The notes under the pieces are model-generated. The model ran no database searches. It was not told the DNA's origin and saw only the letters and a list, made by a program, of their open reading frames with translations. From the NCBI GenBank assembly GCA_050287085.1, contig JBNKBE010000013.1:32001-96000 (forward strand): 64,000 bases of DNA, read 5' to 3'. Positions 1-9,277 of this stretch are shown piece by piece. The translations under genes were made by a program, and so were the position numbers. Position 1 is the first letter of the stretch. Each line of letters opens with the position of its first letter. Source of the stretch: Polyangiaceae bacterium (GTDB lineage Bacteria; Myxococcota_A; Polyangia; Polyangiales; Polyangiaceae).

Positions 1-1131
1 GGCAACACCACCCGCGAGCTTGGCGAGCCGCTCTTGTAGCTTCTCCCGGTCATAGTCCGAGCCAGCCTCCTCGATCTGTGACAGAAGCTGACTCGCCCGC
101 GCCTGAATGTCTTCCTTCTTGCCACCGCCCTCGATGAGGGTTGTGGTGTCCTTGTCGACGATGACCGTCTTGGCCCGACCCAGGGTGGATAGCGCTACTT
201 TCTCCAGCTTGAGGCCGAGATCGCTGGTCGAAGCCTGCGCGCCGGTCAGGACCGCCAAGTCATTCAGCATTTCGGCGCGGCGGTCGCCGAAACCTGGCGC
301 TTTGACGGCGCAGATGTGAAGCGTTCCGCGAAGCTTGTTGACCACCAACGTTGCTAGAGCGTCGTTGTCGACGTCCTCGGCCACGATGAGCAACGGCTTG
401 CCGGTATTGGCCACCTGTTCGAGCAACGGCAGCAGTTCACGCATGTTCGATAACTTCTTCTCGCAAATGAGAATGTAGGCGTCGCTGAGGACCACTTCCA
501 TGCGCTCTGCGTCGGTGATGAAGTACGGCGACAGGTAGCCGCGTTCGAACTGCATTCCCTCGACGAAGTCCAGTGTGGTCTCCATCGACTTCGCTTCCTC
601 GATGGTGATGACGCCCTCCTTACCGACCTTCTCCATCGCCTCGGCGATCAGGTTGCCGATGGTCTCGTCTCCGTTGGCGCTGAGGCTGCCCACCTGAGCG
701 ATTTCGTGTCTTCCCTTGGTCGGCCTCGAATGCTTTCTCAGCTGGGCGACAACCTCCTCCACAGCGAAATCTATCCCGCGCTTGATCTCCATCGGATTGG
801 CCCCGGCCGCGACCAACTTAGCCCCCTCCGTATAGATCGCTTGCGCGAGCACGGTCGCGGTGGTGGTGCCGTCCCCGGCCACATCGGAGGTCTTGGACGA
901 GACCTCCTTCACCATTTGTGCTCCAACGTTCGCGAGGCGGTTCTCGAGTTCGATCTCCTCGGCGACTGTAACGCCATCCTTGGTGATAGTTGGGGTACCC
1001 CATGCCTGATCGAGGAGGACGTTGCGTCCGCGGGGTCCGAGCGTGACCTTCACCGCATTGGCGAGCGTGTTGAGTCCATGCGCTATCTGACTGCGTGCGG
1101 CGGTATTGAATAGAATGTCCTTGGCGCTCAT
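1..1131 (-). CDS. groEL: Chaperonin GroEL (3' part beyond window edge)
   Basis: Manual translation (absent from ORF track): [13 protein letters not shown]...[12 protein letters not shown]...[10 protein letters not shown]...[15 protein letters not shown]...[13 protein letters not shown]...[11 protein letters not shown]. The ATG overlaps the SPFH stop (ATGA). Confidence 0.97.
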   Translation of the reverse strand, partial: MSAKDILFNTAARSQIAHGLNTLANAVKVTLGPRGRNVLLDQAWGTPTITKDGVTVAEEIELENRLANVGAQMVKEVSSKTSDVAGDGTTTATVLAQAIYTEGAKLVAAGANPMEIKRGIDFAVEEVVAQLRKHSRPTKGRHEIAQVGSLSANGDETIGNLIAEAMEKVGKEGVITIEEAKSMETTLDFVEGMQFERGYLSPYFITDAERMEVVLSDAYILICEKKLSNMRELLPLLEQVANTGKPLLIVAEDVDNDALATLVVNKLRGTLHICAVKAPGFGDRRAEMLNDLAVLTGAQASTSDLGLKLEKVALSTLGRAKTVIVDKDTTTLIEGGGKKEDIQARASQLLSQIEEAGSDYDREKLQERLAKLAGGVA

Positions 1132-2210
1132 GTGCCACCCCCAGTGTCATCGAGGCGAAGCGTATCGCTCGGTCTCGTGGCATCGACCCGGCCCGAGTTC
1201 CCCGATGAGCGCGCGGCGGATTCATGCCTGCGGCCGTCCATGGCGCGAGAACCGTCAGGCATCATCGAGGAGCGAGCCGGGACCGAGTTGGAGGCCCTCA
1301 CGGTCTGGTCGGCCTCCATCATGGCGTTGCGCATTTGCTCGGTGAGCGTGGTGAGATTCCCAGGCGAATGTGGGATCAGAATCGCATTGGTCCGCGACGA
1401 TGCGCCTATCTCCTTGAGCATGTCGAAGTACTGAGTCATGAGCACAAGGTTCATCACGTCTTTGGCGGTCGTGCCGGGGACGGATTTCCGAAACTCATCG
1501 ACCGAGTCCCTGAGGCCGGCCACGATTGCTTGGCGTTGGTCTGCGATTCCGCGCCCCTGAAGCGCTTTGCTCTGCGCGTCGCCCTCGGCTGCCTTGACGC
1601 GGAGGATGCGATCCGCCTCGCCTCTTTCGGTCGCGGCGACCCGCATTCTCTGCGCGGCGTTGATCTCGTTCATCGACTCTTTGACTTTGGGATCTGGGTC
1701 GATGTCCGTGACGAGGGCCTTGAGGATGCCGTACCCAAAGTCCTCCATGACTTGAGCCAACTCGCTCTTGACGATGTTCGCGATGTCGTCCTTTTTCTCA
1801 AAGACGTCATCGAGCGGTATCTTGGGCACCTGTGCTCGTACGACGTCGAACACAAACGAGGTGATCTGCCGGCGCGCGTCGTCGAGCTTGTAATAGGCGT
1901 CGTAGACTTTGTCGGGCAGCACGTAGTACTGAACCGCCACGACCATCCGGACGAAGACGTTGTCTTCGGTCTTCGTCTCGATCTCGACGTCGAGCTGTTG
2001 GACCCGAAGGTTAACGCGAGCGACGACCCGGTCGACGAACGGGATCTTGAGCTGAATGCCGGGCCCAGCCTCCCGCATGAACTTGCCCAAGCGTTGAACG
2101 ATGGCTGCCGTTCGCTGCTCGACGGTGAAGAAGGTTGCGCCGAGCAAGGAGAAGAGAGCGATACCCGATACGACGAAGGCAACAAGAAAGACGGGGATTT
2201 CGGGGAACAT
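1128..2210 (-). CDS. SPFH/band-7 (stomatin-like) membrane protein
   Basis: N-terminal [38 protein letters not shown] motifs. Start placed at ATG 2210 (MFPEIP) rather than TTG 2228. Confidence 0.9.
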   Translation of the reverse strand: MFPEIPVFLVAFVVSGIALFSLLGATFFTVEQRTAAIVQRLGKFMREAGPGIQLKIPFVDRVVARVNLRVQQLDVEIETKTEDNVFVRMVVAVQYYVLPDKVYDAYYKLDDARRQITSFVFDVVRAQVPKIPLDDVFEKKDDIANIVKSELAQVMEDFGYGILKALVTDIDPDPKVKESMNEINAAQRMRVAATERGEADRILRVKAAEGDAQSKALQGRGIADQRQAIVAGLRDSVDEFRKSVPGTTAKDVMNLVLMTQYFDMLKEIGASSRTNAILIPHSPGNLTTLTEQMRNAMMEADQTVRASNSVPARSSMMPDGSRAMDGRRHESAARSSGNSGRVDATRPSDTLRLDDTGGGT

Positions 2211-2221
2211 GCCGCAGATGC

Positions 2222-2238
2222 TGCACAAAGCGGGCCAT
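2222..2238 (-). promoter_or_regulatory. sigma54 -24/-12 promoter for SPFH-groEL
   Basis: Minus strand ATGGCCCGCTTTGTGCA = GG-N10-GC with the canonical spacing. Confidence 0.6.
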
Positions 2239-2308
2239 CTGAATTCCCCAACAATAACGTGACACTGTCAGCCCAGCGCGGGTATCCAATATCAAACTGA
2301 CCTCTGCG

Positions 2309-2323
2309 ACATCATTTTGACGT
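2309..2323. promoter_or_regulatory. Inverted repeat, candidate enhancer (UAS) for a sigma54 activator
   Basis: ACATCA-TTT-TGACGT near-palindrome about 100 bp upstream of the predicted sigma54 start site. Confidence 0.4.
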
Positions 2324-2334
2324 AGCGGTGAATC

Positions 2335-2501
2335 ATGAAAACCGCGGACCTGAGCGCCCACGAGTTGCTGGAGATGAATCTCGATGAGAGGGGGTCCTCC
2401 GCTTTCGCAGACCCGCGCGCTCTGGTCATCGATGCGGTCGCGCGCCGGGGCTCATGCGCAAGTACGTGCTCGAGAACATCGGCTACGGCTTTCCCATCGA
2501 A
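2335..2501 (+). pseudogene. Frameshifted 5' remnant of an XylR-N-type sigma54 activator
   Basis: Pieces across frames read MKTADLSAHELLEM..GVLRF..RALVIDAVA..GLMRKYVLENIG, resembling from memory the N-terminus of myxobacterial XylR_N/V4R enhancer-binding proteins; truncated at the end of the convergent gene. Confidence 0.6.
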
Positions 2502-2816
2502 TCACTTCGCCACATGAGCTACCCCCTCGCGCAGCAGCGCCCGCCATCGCTGTCGGTCGGGCCGCGGCACCGAGAGCCATTCCTTGAATACCTTCTTCGC
2601 CGGCGCAAACGGCTGGCCCTTGCCCTGGTCGATGAGCTCCGCCACTCGGCTCTTCGGCAGCTTCACAACAAGCCCCGAACCCTTGTAGTCAACGAGCGCC
2701 AGAAACTCCTTGCCCACCCTGAGGCAGCGGCCGTTCATGATGGTGCCCTCGACAACCCGCGGGTCTTCAGCGTAAAGCTCGGCGGCGAGCTCCCAGAATA
2801 GCTCGTCGGCGTTCAT
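2502..2816 (-). CDS. Small TfoX-N/MmcQ-like protein
   Basis: GRCLRVGKEFLA..GLVVKLPKSRVAELI..FKEWLSV; ATGA overlap with the upstream gene. Confidence 0.65.
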   Translation of the reverse strand: MNADELFWELAAELYAEDPRVVEGTIMNGRCLRVGKEFLALVDYKGSGLVVKLPKSRVAELIDQGKGQPFAPAKKVFKEWLSVPRPDRQRWRALLREGVAHVAK

Positions 2817-3502
2817 GTCTTCTTGCCCCTTCCTTGGCCGAGCTCCGCAACGAGCCATGCGTGTACAGGAAGCAGGTCTTTCAGGCGTTTGACACACCAC
2901 TCCGCAAAGGCTGGCTTGCCCACCACAGCCGGCAGTGGCTCGCGAAATCGGATCTGAAAGCCAGTCAGACGCAATAGCTCGGAGCGCGGGTGGTCCTCGC
3001 CCCACGGACTTGGCACCCGTTTGACTCGCTCGCCCGCCACCTCGATCTCGTGGCGATGGTGTTTCTTGGTCAGTGCCGCGATGCGCTGGGCGAGCTCTTG
3101 GCCGCGATCAGCCCCCACGGCCTCGCGCCAGCGCGTGCGGACATCCGGCGTGAACGCCACACCGCTCGCAAAGCCAACGGAGCCGGCGTCCACCCGAACC
3201 CACAAGGTCGGGGCCGTCTTCTTATCCGGCCCCTGCCACGCAGTCAGAAGGAGGTGATCCTTGTAGCGCGGCGTGTCCGGCGCGGCGAAGCGGCGATCCC
3301 GATGCAGCGGCGACACCGAGCCGCGCCGATCGACGCAGAGCTCGGCGTCCAGGGCCGCGGCGACAGCCTCGATGAGCGCAAGGCCGGGGGCGCGCAGACC
3401 GTGAGCGATCAGTTCCTTCACGTCGGCGTAGTGATTTTCATCGAATGTAGAAAGCCTGTCGAGTAGCTCTATGGCACTCGAATTGAAACCGTTGAAACTC
3501 AC
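2813..3502 (-). CDS. DUF2461-family protein
   Basis: SFNGF start, LHRDRRFAAPDTPRYK, KRVPSPWGEDHPRSELLR motifs; GTGA coupling. Confidence 0.75.
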   Translation of the reverse strand: MSFNGFNSSAIELLDRLSTFDENHYADVKELIAHGLRAPGLALIEAVAAALDAELCVDRRGSVSPLHRDRRFAAPDTPRYKDHLLLTAWQGPDKKTAPTLWVRVDAGSVGFASGVAFTPDVRTRWREAVGADRGQELAQRIAALTKKHHRHEIEVAGERVKRVPSPWGEDHPRSELLRLTGFQIRFREPLPAVVGKPAFAEWCVKRLKDLLPVHAWLVAELGQGRGKKT

Positions 3503-4746
3503 GATACCTCCTGAGCAAGTTGAGCCATACGCTCCTCGATCTGAGAAGCCTCCGCATCATTGCGGGCGACACGGCGCGCCGCTTCCAAGCTCTCGCGCGC
3601 CTCGGCAGTGCGCCCCAGCTCGGCGAGCAGTGTGCCCCGCACCAGATGCACATAAGGGTATTGACCTGCGTCGATAGTGCCGCAATCATCTAGTAGCGCC
3701 AGCCCCGCCTCGGGGCCGCGAGCGCGCGCTAGGGCAAAGGCGCGATTGACCCTCACGGCCGGCGTTGGTCGAAGCCCCTCCAACAAGCCGTAGAGCCTTT
3801 CGATTTCGTGCCAGTGAGTGTCCACTGCCGTGGGAGCGCGGCAGTGAATAGCTGAAATCGCGGCCTCGATTTGGAAGGGGCCCGAGTAAGGGCTCGCACG
3901 CGCCGCCTCGAGCAAATGGGTCGCGTATTCGATAGCCGCGTGGTCCCACCGAGAGCGGTCCTGCTCGGGGATCGGCACCGGCCGACCCCCGGCGCCAAGA
4001 CGCGCATCTCGACGGGCGTCGTGCAACATGAGAAGCGCCAAGAGCGCGATCGCCTCGGGCTCTCGCGGAAAGGCCTCGACCAGAGAGTGCGCAAGCCCAA
4101 TGGCGAGCCGGCATAGCTCAGAGCGAATGGGTGTGGTCTTTTCGCTAGACCAGTAGCCCTCGTTGAAGAGCAGATGGATCACGCGCAGCACAGCGTCGAG
4201 CCGTTCGCGCGAGCGCTCCGGTGTCGCTCCGTCCGGATCGCCGCGTTCGCGCAGGCGACGGCGCGCGCGGGTTAAGCGCTTCTCCATCGAACGCGCTTCC
4301 GAAACGAACGCCGCGGCGATCTCATTGACGGACAACCCCACCACCGTAGACAGACACAGCGCCGCGCTTTCACCAGGCTCGAGCGCCGGATGGCAGCAAG
4401 CGAAGACCAAACGCAGCAGCTCGTCCTTCCATCCGCGACCGACGTCCGGCTCGCCCAGGGCAACGCGAACCCATGGGCTCATCTGGCTGAGCGTCTCGAG
4501 CGCGTCCTGTTGCGGCGCTTCCCACTTTGCCCTTCGCCTACGGTCGCGGTGTTTGTTGGTGGCCGCAGTCAGAAGCCATGCTTCCGGCGAATCGGGCATG
4601 CCGCGCTCGGGCCACGTAGATAGGGCAGCCACGAGCGCTTCCTGGACAGCGTCTTCGGCCTCCGGAAGGCTGCGCGTGACCCCAAGGGTCCGCGAAAGTA
4701 CCCGGGGGTAGACCCGGCGCAACGTATCCGCAGGGGTCTCGTTCAT
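3499..4746 (-). CDS. ECF sigma factor with C-terminal TPR-like extension (DUF6596 type)
   Basis: AEDAVQEAL..WPERGMPDSPEAWL, LRLVFACCHPAL, LLFNEGY, QDRSRWD, GPFQIEAAI. Confidence 0.92.
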   Translation of the reverse strand: MNETPADTLRRVYPRVLSRTLGVTRSLPEAEDAVQEALVAALSTWPERGMPDSPEAWLLTAATNKHRDRRRRAKWEAPQQDALETLSQMSPWVRVALGEPDVGRGWKDELLRLVFACCHPALEPGESAALCLSTVVGLSVNEIAAAFVSEARSMEKRLTRARRRLRERGDPDGATPERSRERLDAVLRVIHLLFNEGYWSSEKTTPIRSELCRLAIGLAHSLVEAFPREPEAIALLALLMLHDARRDARLGAGGRPVPIPEQDRSRWDHAAIEYATHLLEAARASPYSGPFQIEAAISAIHCRAPTAVDTHWHEIERLYGLLEGLRPTPAVRVNRAFALARARGPEAGLALLDDCGTIDAGQYPYVHLVRGTLLAELGRTAEARESLEAARRVARNDAEASQIEERMAQLAQEVS

Positions 4747-5102
4747 GGCTCGCGTCGCCACGCCACGGGTCTGACCTCGATCGCATGATCGTCCACCGGA
4801 CAGATAGTCTGAGCGCGAGCCATGGCCTCGGCTTCGTCGACACAGTCGACGACATAGAACCCGACAAGCCACTCCTTGGTGTCGATATACGGACCGTCGG
4901 TCACGTCGTGTGCGCCACCGCGAAGCCGAACCGTCCGCGCCGTCTCAACGCCGGCCAGTCTCGCGACGGCGTGCAAGTCGCCCTTTGCTTCGGTCTCCGT
5001 CTGTAGAGCCCGGTGTCCCACAAGCGCTCGCTCAGAGCTCTCGGCGCTCGGCTCCGCGGGAGCTGTCCTGTAGATGAGCAGTGCATAAGGGATCTTCTTC
5101 AT
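4743..5102 (-). CDS. YciI/DGPF-domain protein
   Basis: VTDGPYIDTKEWLVGFYVVD..IEVRPV; coupled to the ECF sigma. Confidence 0.9.
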   Translation of the reverse strand: MKKIPYALLIYRTAPAEPSAESSERALVGHRALQTETEAKGDLHAVARLAGVETARTVRLRGGAHDVTDGPYIDTKEWLVGFYVVDCVDEAEAMARAQTICPVDDHAIEVRPVAWRREP

Positions 5103-5512
5103 CAGCCATTCTCCTCGTGCCGCAGCGCGATAACTAGACCCAGAGCTGCAAACGATACCACCTCGTAGACCGTCTCCAGAACAAGGTAGGTGACGCCGTC
5201 AGCGAACCGGAACTTGCCGACCTCGACCCAGATCGCCCCGGCGGCGAGGAAGAGGCCGGCAAGCGCACCGAACAAGAGCCCGGAGCGCACGGCTGAACCG
5301 GGGCGATGAAAGCGAGGGTAGAGCCAAATGAGCATAACGCCATGCACCACCATCGCGCTCATCCCGAGGGGTACGATGGGCTCGGCCCTCGCAAACGGTG
5401 TTGCGGCCGCAAGGGTCGCCTTGAAGAGCACGAGATGCCAAACCACCGCGACTGTCAGGTTCAAAACGACGTAGATCGCGAGCGTTGCGGCCGAGCGCGC
5501 CATCGCCCTCAT
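5102..5512 (-). CDS. Small multi-TM membrane protein
   Basis: About four hydrophobic segments; overlapping start/stop with both neighbours. Confidence 0.7.
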   Translation of the reverse strand: MRAMARSAATLAIYVVLNLTVAVVWHLVLFKATLAAATPFARAEPIVPLGMSAMVVHGVMLIWLYPRFHRPGSAVRSGLLFGALAGLFLAAGAIWVEVGKFRFADGVTYLVLETVYEVVSFAALGLVIALRHEENG

Positions 5513-5844
5513 ACCTTCCGCCACAGAGCAATCGCCGCGCCACCAGGGTCGCGGACAACCGAGAACTCGCCAGCGGGGCCACGCGCTTTCTCCTTGAGCA
5601 CTGTCGCACCGAGCTCCTTCGCCCTTGTGGTGGCGGCATCGACATCGTCCACGGGGGCGTAGGGGATCCAGCCGACCGCCCGCTCGTCGGCGCCGACGGC
5701 CGCGAAAGGACCCTTCTCACCCGCAAATAGCGTCATCCCGGGCGGCCCCTCCGTGCGCTTCCAGCCGAGTAGGGACTCGTAGAACTCAACGGACTCATTG
5801 GGGTTTTTGCTGCTGTTATGAAACCAAATAAACGCTTCAGACAT
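5509..5844 (-). CDS. VOC/glyoxalase-family protein
   Basis: FYESLLGW, WIPYAPVDDVDAA, VVRDPGGAAIALW; RBS GGAGGA upstream of ATG 5844. Confidence 0.9.
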   Translation of the reverse strand: MSEAFIWFHNSSKNPNESVEFYESLLGWKRTEGPPGMTLFAGEKGPFAAVGADERAVGWIPYAPVDDVDAATTRAKELGATVLKEKARGPAGEFSVVRDPGGAAIALWRKV

Positions 5845-5891
5845 GGGAGTTCCTCCTGCTGGCCCCAACCGTCTCGGGCTTTCATTCCAAA

Positions 5892-5918
5892 GACGATCGA
5901 GAGCCGCCCTCCAGGACA
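5892..5918 (-). promoter_or_regulatory. ECF-type promoter TGTCCT-N17-CGTC
   Basis: Same architecture as the copies at 7357, 9184 and 10064; lies upstream of the VOC-yciI-sigma operon. Confidence 0.65.
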
Positions 5919-6132
5919 GGTCCCCCGAAAAAAGATCCCCTTCGAAACGTTTGCCGAAAACTCGATTGCATACGCCGCGCTTCGGCGCCGGGTGAGCCAG
6001 GTCGATACCGACAGGCCCGGGCGCACTGCTCCGGTCTTGACGAGGGCAGCGGACCCACGGTCGGACGGCTCAGCCCCAAGGTGTGGTCCGCGGGCTTCCA
6101 CGGCCCTCCCGCGGCCGCTACAAACGTTTCCT

Positions 6133-7143
6133 TCAGCCGCGCCGACGGTCGACCCAGCGGAGGACGCGAAGCGCGCGAAGCGTGTTCATCCGGCTCGGCT
6201 CGCGACCACCTTCGATGCGAAAGTACTCCTCACCGGAGTGCCAGTTCTGGGCCCGCCATCGCCCATCGCCACGCTTTGCGTCCAACAAGACGTCCACCGC
6301 GTCGCCGAGGCGCTCATCCCAGGCTGCGTCCACGTTCGCGAAGTGCTCGAGACCACGCAAGACGTCGAAGTACCACCGCGGCGGAAACGACAGCTTCGCG
6401 AAGCTCGCCCTAACGATTTCCCCGGTGCGCTCGGACCGGTAGAGTCGATGCCGCAGGAAGTAGTCGCGGCCTTTCTCGACGGCACGCTGCACCCTGACGT
6501 CGGAGCCCCGGGCGGACTCGAACGCTGACAGCCCCTCGAGGGTGCTGATGGTGGTGTGAAAGGACGCGTGACGAGCCCCCCCCCGCCTTCGGTTGCAGTT
6601 CCAGCCCCCGTCGTCCATCTGCTCGGCGAGCAGCCAGTGCACCATGCGCTCACATCGCTCATCGCTGCCCAAGCCGAAGTAGCAGGCCATGGAAAGCAAC
6701 ATCGCCGTCACGCACGTGTCGGTCCACCCGCTGCTCCAGAGGCTCACTCCACCGCTCTCGGGCACGCCTTCGTCCAGCAAGAGGCAACAGCTGGCGCGAG
6801 CGCCTCGCTCGTTCGGCGGCATGCCCAAATGAGTCAACAGGCGCAGGGTGTAGAACGTCGACGTCCACTTGGGCTGATAGAGGCCACCGCCCCAGCGGCC
6901 ATCCGCACTCCGATGTGACAATAGCCGCGCTCCCCATCCTTCCCGCGCAACACGCCGTCGCGTTCTCGACCAGGTGGCCTCGGCGCGGCTCAAGATATCA
7001 CGCTGAACCTGCCACACAACCGCGGGATCGCCGCCGACAAGCCAGTCGACAACCTCGTCTGAAGCTCGTCCAAGCTCGCTCATCACCCCCGCATCAGCGG
7101 CCCTTTTGCCCGAATCCTCGCCCCCGTCAGCTATCTGCTCCAT
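6133..7143 (-). CDS. Prenyltransferase/squalene-cyclase-like (alpha/alpha barrel) protein
   Basis: QW-like repeats (SADGRWGGG, EQMDDGGWNC, RGDGRW), FPPRWYFDVLRGL, EPSRMNTLRALRVL. Start could instead be 7083. Confidence 0.75.
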   Translation of the reverse strand: MEQIADGGEDSGKRAADAGVMSELGRASDEVVDWLVGGDPAVVWQVQRDILSRAEATWSRTRRRVAREGWGARLLSHRSADGRWGGGLYQPKWTSTFYTLRLLTHLGMPPNERGARASCCLLLDEGVPESGGVSLWSSGWTDTCVTAMLLSMACYFGLGSDERCERMVHWLLAEQMDDGGWNCNRRRGGARHASFHTTISTLEGLSAFESARGSDVRVQRAVEKGRDYFLRHRLYRSERTGEIVRASFAKLSFPPRWYFDVLRGLEHFANVDAAWDERLGDAVDVLLDAKRGDGRWRAQNWHSGEEYFRIEGGREPSRMNTLRALRVLRWVDRRRG

Positions 7144-7356
7144 AGACACATCCTCTCTGCTCTTCGCCCTCCTGAGCGCCGTCGAGCACGGCACCTCGCG
7201 CAAGCTTCCGACAATACCATGGCAGCCTGATGCCCGCGGCGGGAGCGCCGCCTCGACGCCGAACCGGCTCCGATAGCAGAGGTCGCCCCTTTGCCCCGCA
7301 ACTCCTACCCGCAGCAATGAGGAAAAGGCGGCGAATTGATTTTTGTAGACGGGGCG

Positions 7357-7383
7357 TGTCGATCAAACGTCAGCTCGTTCGTC
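7357..7383 (+). promoter_or_regulatory. ECF-type promoter TGTCGA-N17-CGTC
   Basis: Upstream of yciI-sigma 7431-9172. Confidence 0.7.
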
Positions 7384-7430
7384 GTAGTGTCGGACGCCTT
7401 GATGAGGCGACATCAGCGAAAGGACAAGAC

Positions 7431-7889
7431 ATGCGAGTTATGGTGATAGTCAAGGGCGACGAGCAGGCGGCCAAGGCCATGCCCCAAAGCGAGAAGGAAG
7501 AGCTCTTTGCCGCGATGGGGAATTACAACGCTGAGCTGGTGAGAGCCGGCGTGCTGCTCGCGGGCGAAGGGCTTCAGCCGAGTGCGCGAGGCAAACGCGT
7601 GGTCTTCGCGGGCGGGACAATGCGGGTGGTCGACGGTCCTTTCAGCGAGACCCACGAGATCGTGGGTGGATTCTGGCTGTGGCAAGTGAAGAACCTGGAC
7701 GAGGCGCTCGAATGGGCTCGCCGTTGCCCCGTGAACAAGCAGCAGGTGAGCACCCTCGAACTGCGCCCGGTGTATGAAACGGAGGACTTCGGTCCGGAGC
7801 TAACGCCGGAGCTTCGCGAGCAAGAGGAGCGCTTGCGGGCGGAGGTCGCGGCGCATCAGGAGGCCCCGACGCGCGGTCGAACGCCGTGA
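7431..7889 (+). CDS. YciI/DGPF-domain protein
   Basis: MRVMVIVK..LLAGEGLQPS..VVDGPFSETHEIVGGFW..WARRCP; RBS AAGGA. Confidence 0.92.
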   Translation: MRVMVIVKGDEQAAKAMPQSEKEELFAAMGNYNAELVRAGVLLAGEGLQPSARGKRVVFAGGTMRVVDGPFSETHEIVGGFWLWQVKNLDEALEWARRCPVNKQQVSTLELRPVYETEDFGPELTPELREQEERLRAEVAAHQEAPTRGRTP

Positions 7890-9172
7890 TCCAGCAAGCC
7901 ACCCGTGGCGCGATTGAAGCCGTGTGGCGGCTCGAGTCCGCGCGGCTGCTCGGCGGGCTCCTGCGTCTGGTCCGCGACGTCGACCTCGCCGAAGATCTGT
8001 CGCAGGAAGCACTTGTTGTCGCGCTCGAACGCTGGCCCGAAACTGGCATTCCGGACAACCCGGGCGCGTGGCTGATGACGACCGCAAGAAACAAGGCCGT
8101 AGACAGCCTCCGCCGGCGCAGGCTGATCGAGCGCAAGCACGAGCTCATCGAGAGCGAAATTTCAGACTCTCCGGGGCATTGGCCCGACATTGAGAGCCAC
8201 GTCGACGAGGACGTCGGCGACGACGTCCTTCGGCTGATCCTGGTTGCGTGCCATCCGGTTCTGTCGCCGGAGGCCCGCGCAGCGCTCACCTTGCGCCTGC
8301 TCGGAGGGCTGACCACCGAGGCCATCGCACGAGCGTTTCTGCTTCCGGAGTCGACCGTCGCCCAACGCATCGTTCGCGCTAAGCGCACCCTTGCTGAGGC
8401 GCGGGTGCCTTTCGAAGTGCCGCAAGGCGCGGAGCTCGCCCGGCGTTTGCCGTCCGTGCTCGAAGTCCTCTATCTCATCTTCAACGAAGGGTACGCCGCC
8501 ACGCGCGGCGACAACTGGATGCGGCTGGACCTCATGCAGGACGCCCTCCGCCTCGTTCGCATGCTCACCTATTTGGTTCCAGACGCGGCCGAAGCCCATG
8601 GGCTCGCGGCGCTGATGGAACTCCAAGCTTCTCGCGCTCGATCACGGCTCGGCCCCGCCGGAGAGCCGATTCTGCTGCTCGACCAGGACCGATCGCGTTG
8701 GGACCGGACGTTGATCCAACGCGGCCTCGTCGCCCTGTCGCGCGCCAGCGCCCTGGCAGAGCCGCTCGGCCCATACACGCTGCAAGCAGCGATTGCCGCC
8801 TGCCACGCGCGCGCGCGCGACCGTGACGACACCGACTGGACGAAGATCGTGGCGCTCTACGACGCGCTCGTGGAGGTGACCGGTTCAGCCGTGGTCGAGC
8901 TGAACCGCGCCGTTGCCGTCGCGATGGCGTTCGGGCCTGCCGCCGGACTCGAAATCGCCGATGCGCTCGTGGACGAGCCCATGCTGCGCGACTACCACTT
9001 GCTGCCGAGTGTTCGCGGCGACCTTCTCTTCAGGCTGGGTCGCATCGCTGAAGCACGACTCGAGTTCGAGCGCGCAGCGCGCTTGGCCCCCAATGCACGT
9101 GAGCAATCCCTGCTCCTGAACCGCGCAAAGGGGTGCCGCCCCAACGAACGGCCGACAAGAACGGGGGCTTGA
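7886..9172 (+). CDS. ECF sigma factor with C-terminal TPR-like extension (DUF6596 type)
   Basis: AVWRLES, AEDLSQEAL, PDNPGAWLMT, ACHPVL, AQRIVRAKRTL, YLIFNEGY, QDRSRWD. Confidence 0.93.
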   Translation: MIQQATRGAIEAVWRLESARLLGGLLRLVRDVDLAEDLSQEALVVALERWPETGIPDNPGAWLMTTARNKAVDSLRRRRLIERKHELIESEISDSPGHWPDIESHVDEDVGDDVLRLILVACHPVLSPEARAALTLRLLGGLTTEAIARAFLLPESTVAQRIVRAKRTLAEARVPFEVPQGAELARRLPSVLEVLYLIFNEGYAATRGDNWMRLDLMQDALRLVRMLTYLVPDAAEAHGLAALMELQASRARSRLGPAGEPILLLDQDRSRWDRTLIQRGLVALSRASALAEPLGPYTLQAAIAACHARARDRDDTDWTKIVALYDALVEVTGSAVVELNRAVAVAMAFGPAAGLEIADALVDEPMLRDYHLLPSVRGDLLFRLGRIAEARLEFERAARLAPNAREQSLLLNRAKGCRPNERPTRTGA

Positions 9173-9183
9173 AACAACCGCGG

Positions 9184-9210
9184 TGTCGATCGCGCACCCA
9201 TTCAATCGTC
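9184..9210 (+). promoter_or_regulatory. ECF-type promoter TGTCGA-N17-CGTC
   Basis: Upstream of the tandem-YciI gene. Confidence 0.7.
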
Positions 9211-9277
9211 GCACCGATACAGACAGGCTGCTGCGGTCACCTGCGACGGCCCCAATCCCTAGCGAAGGACAACAACG

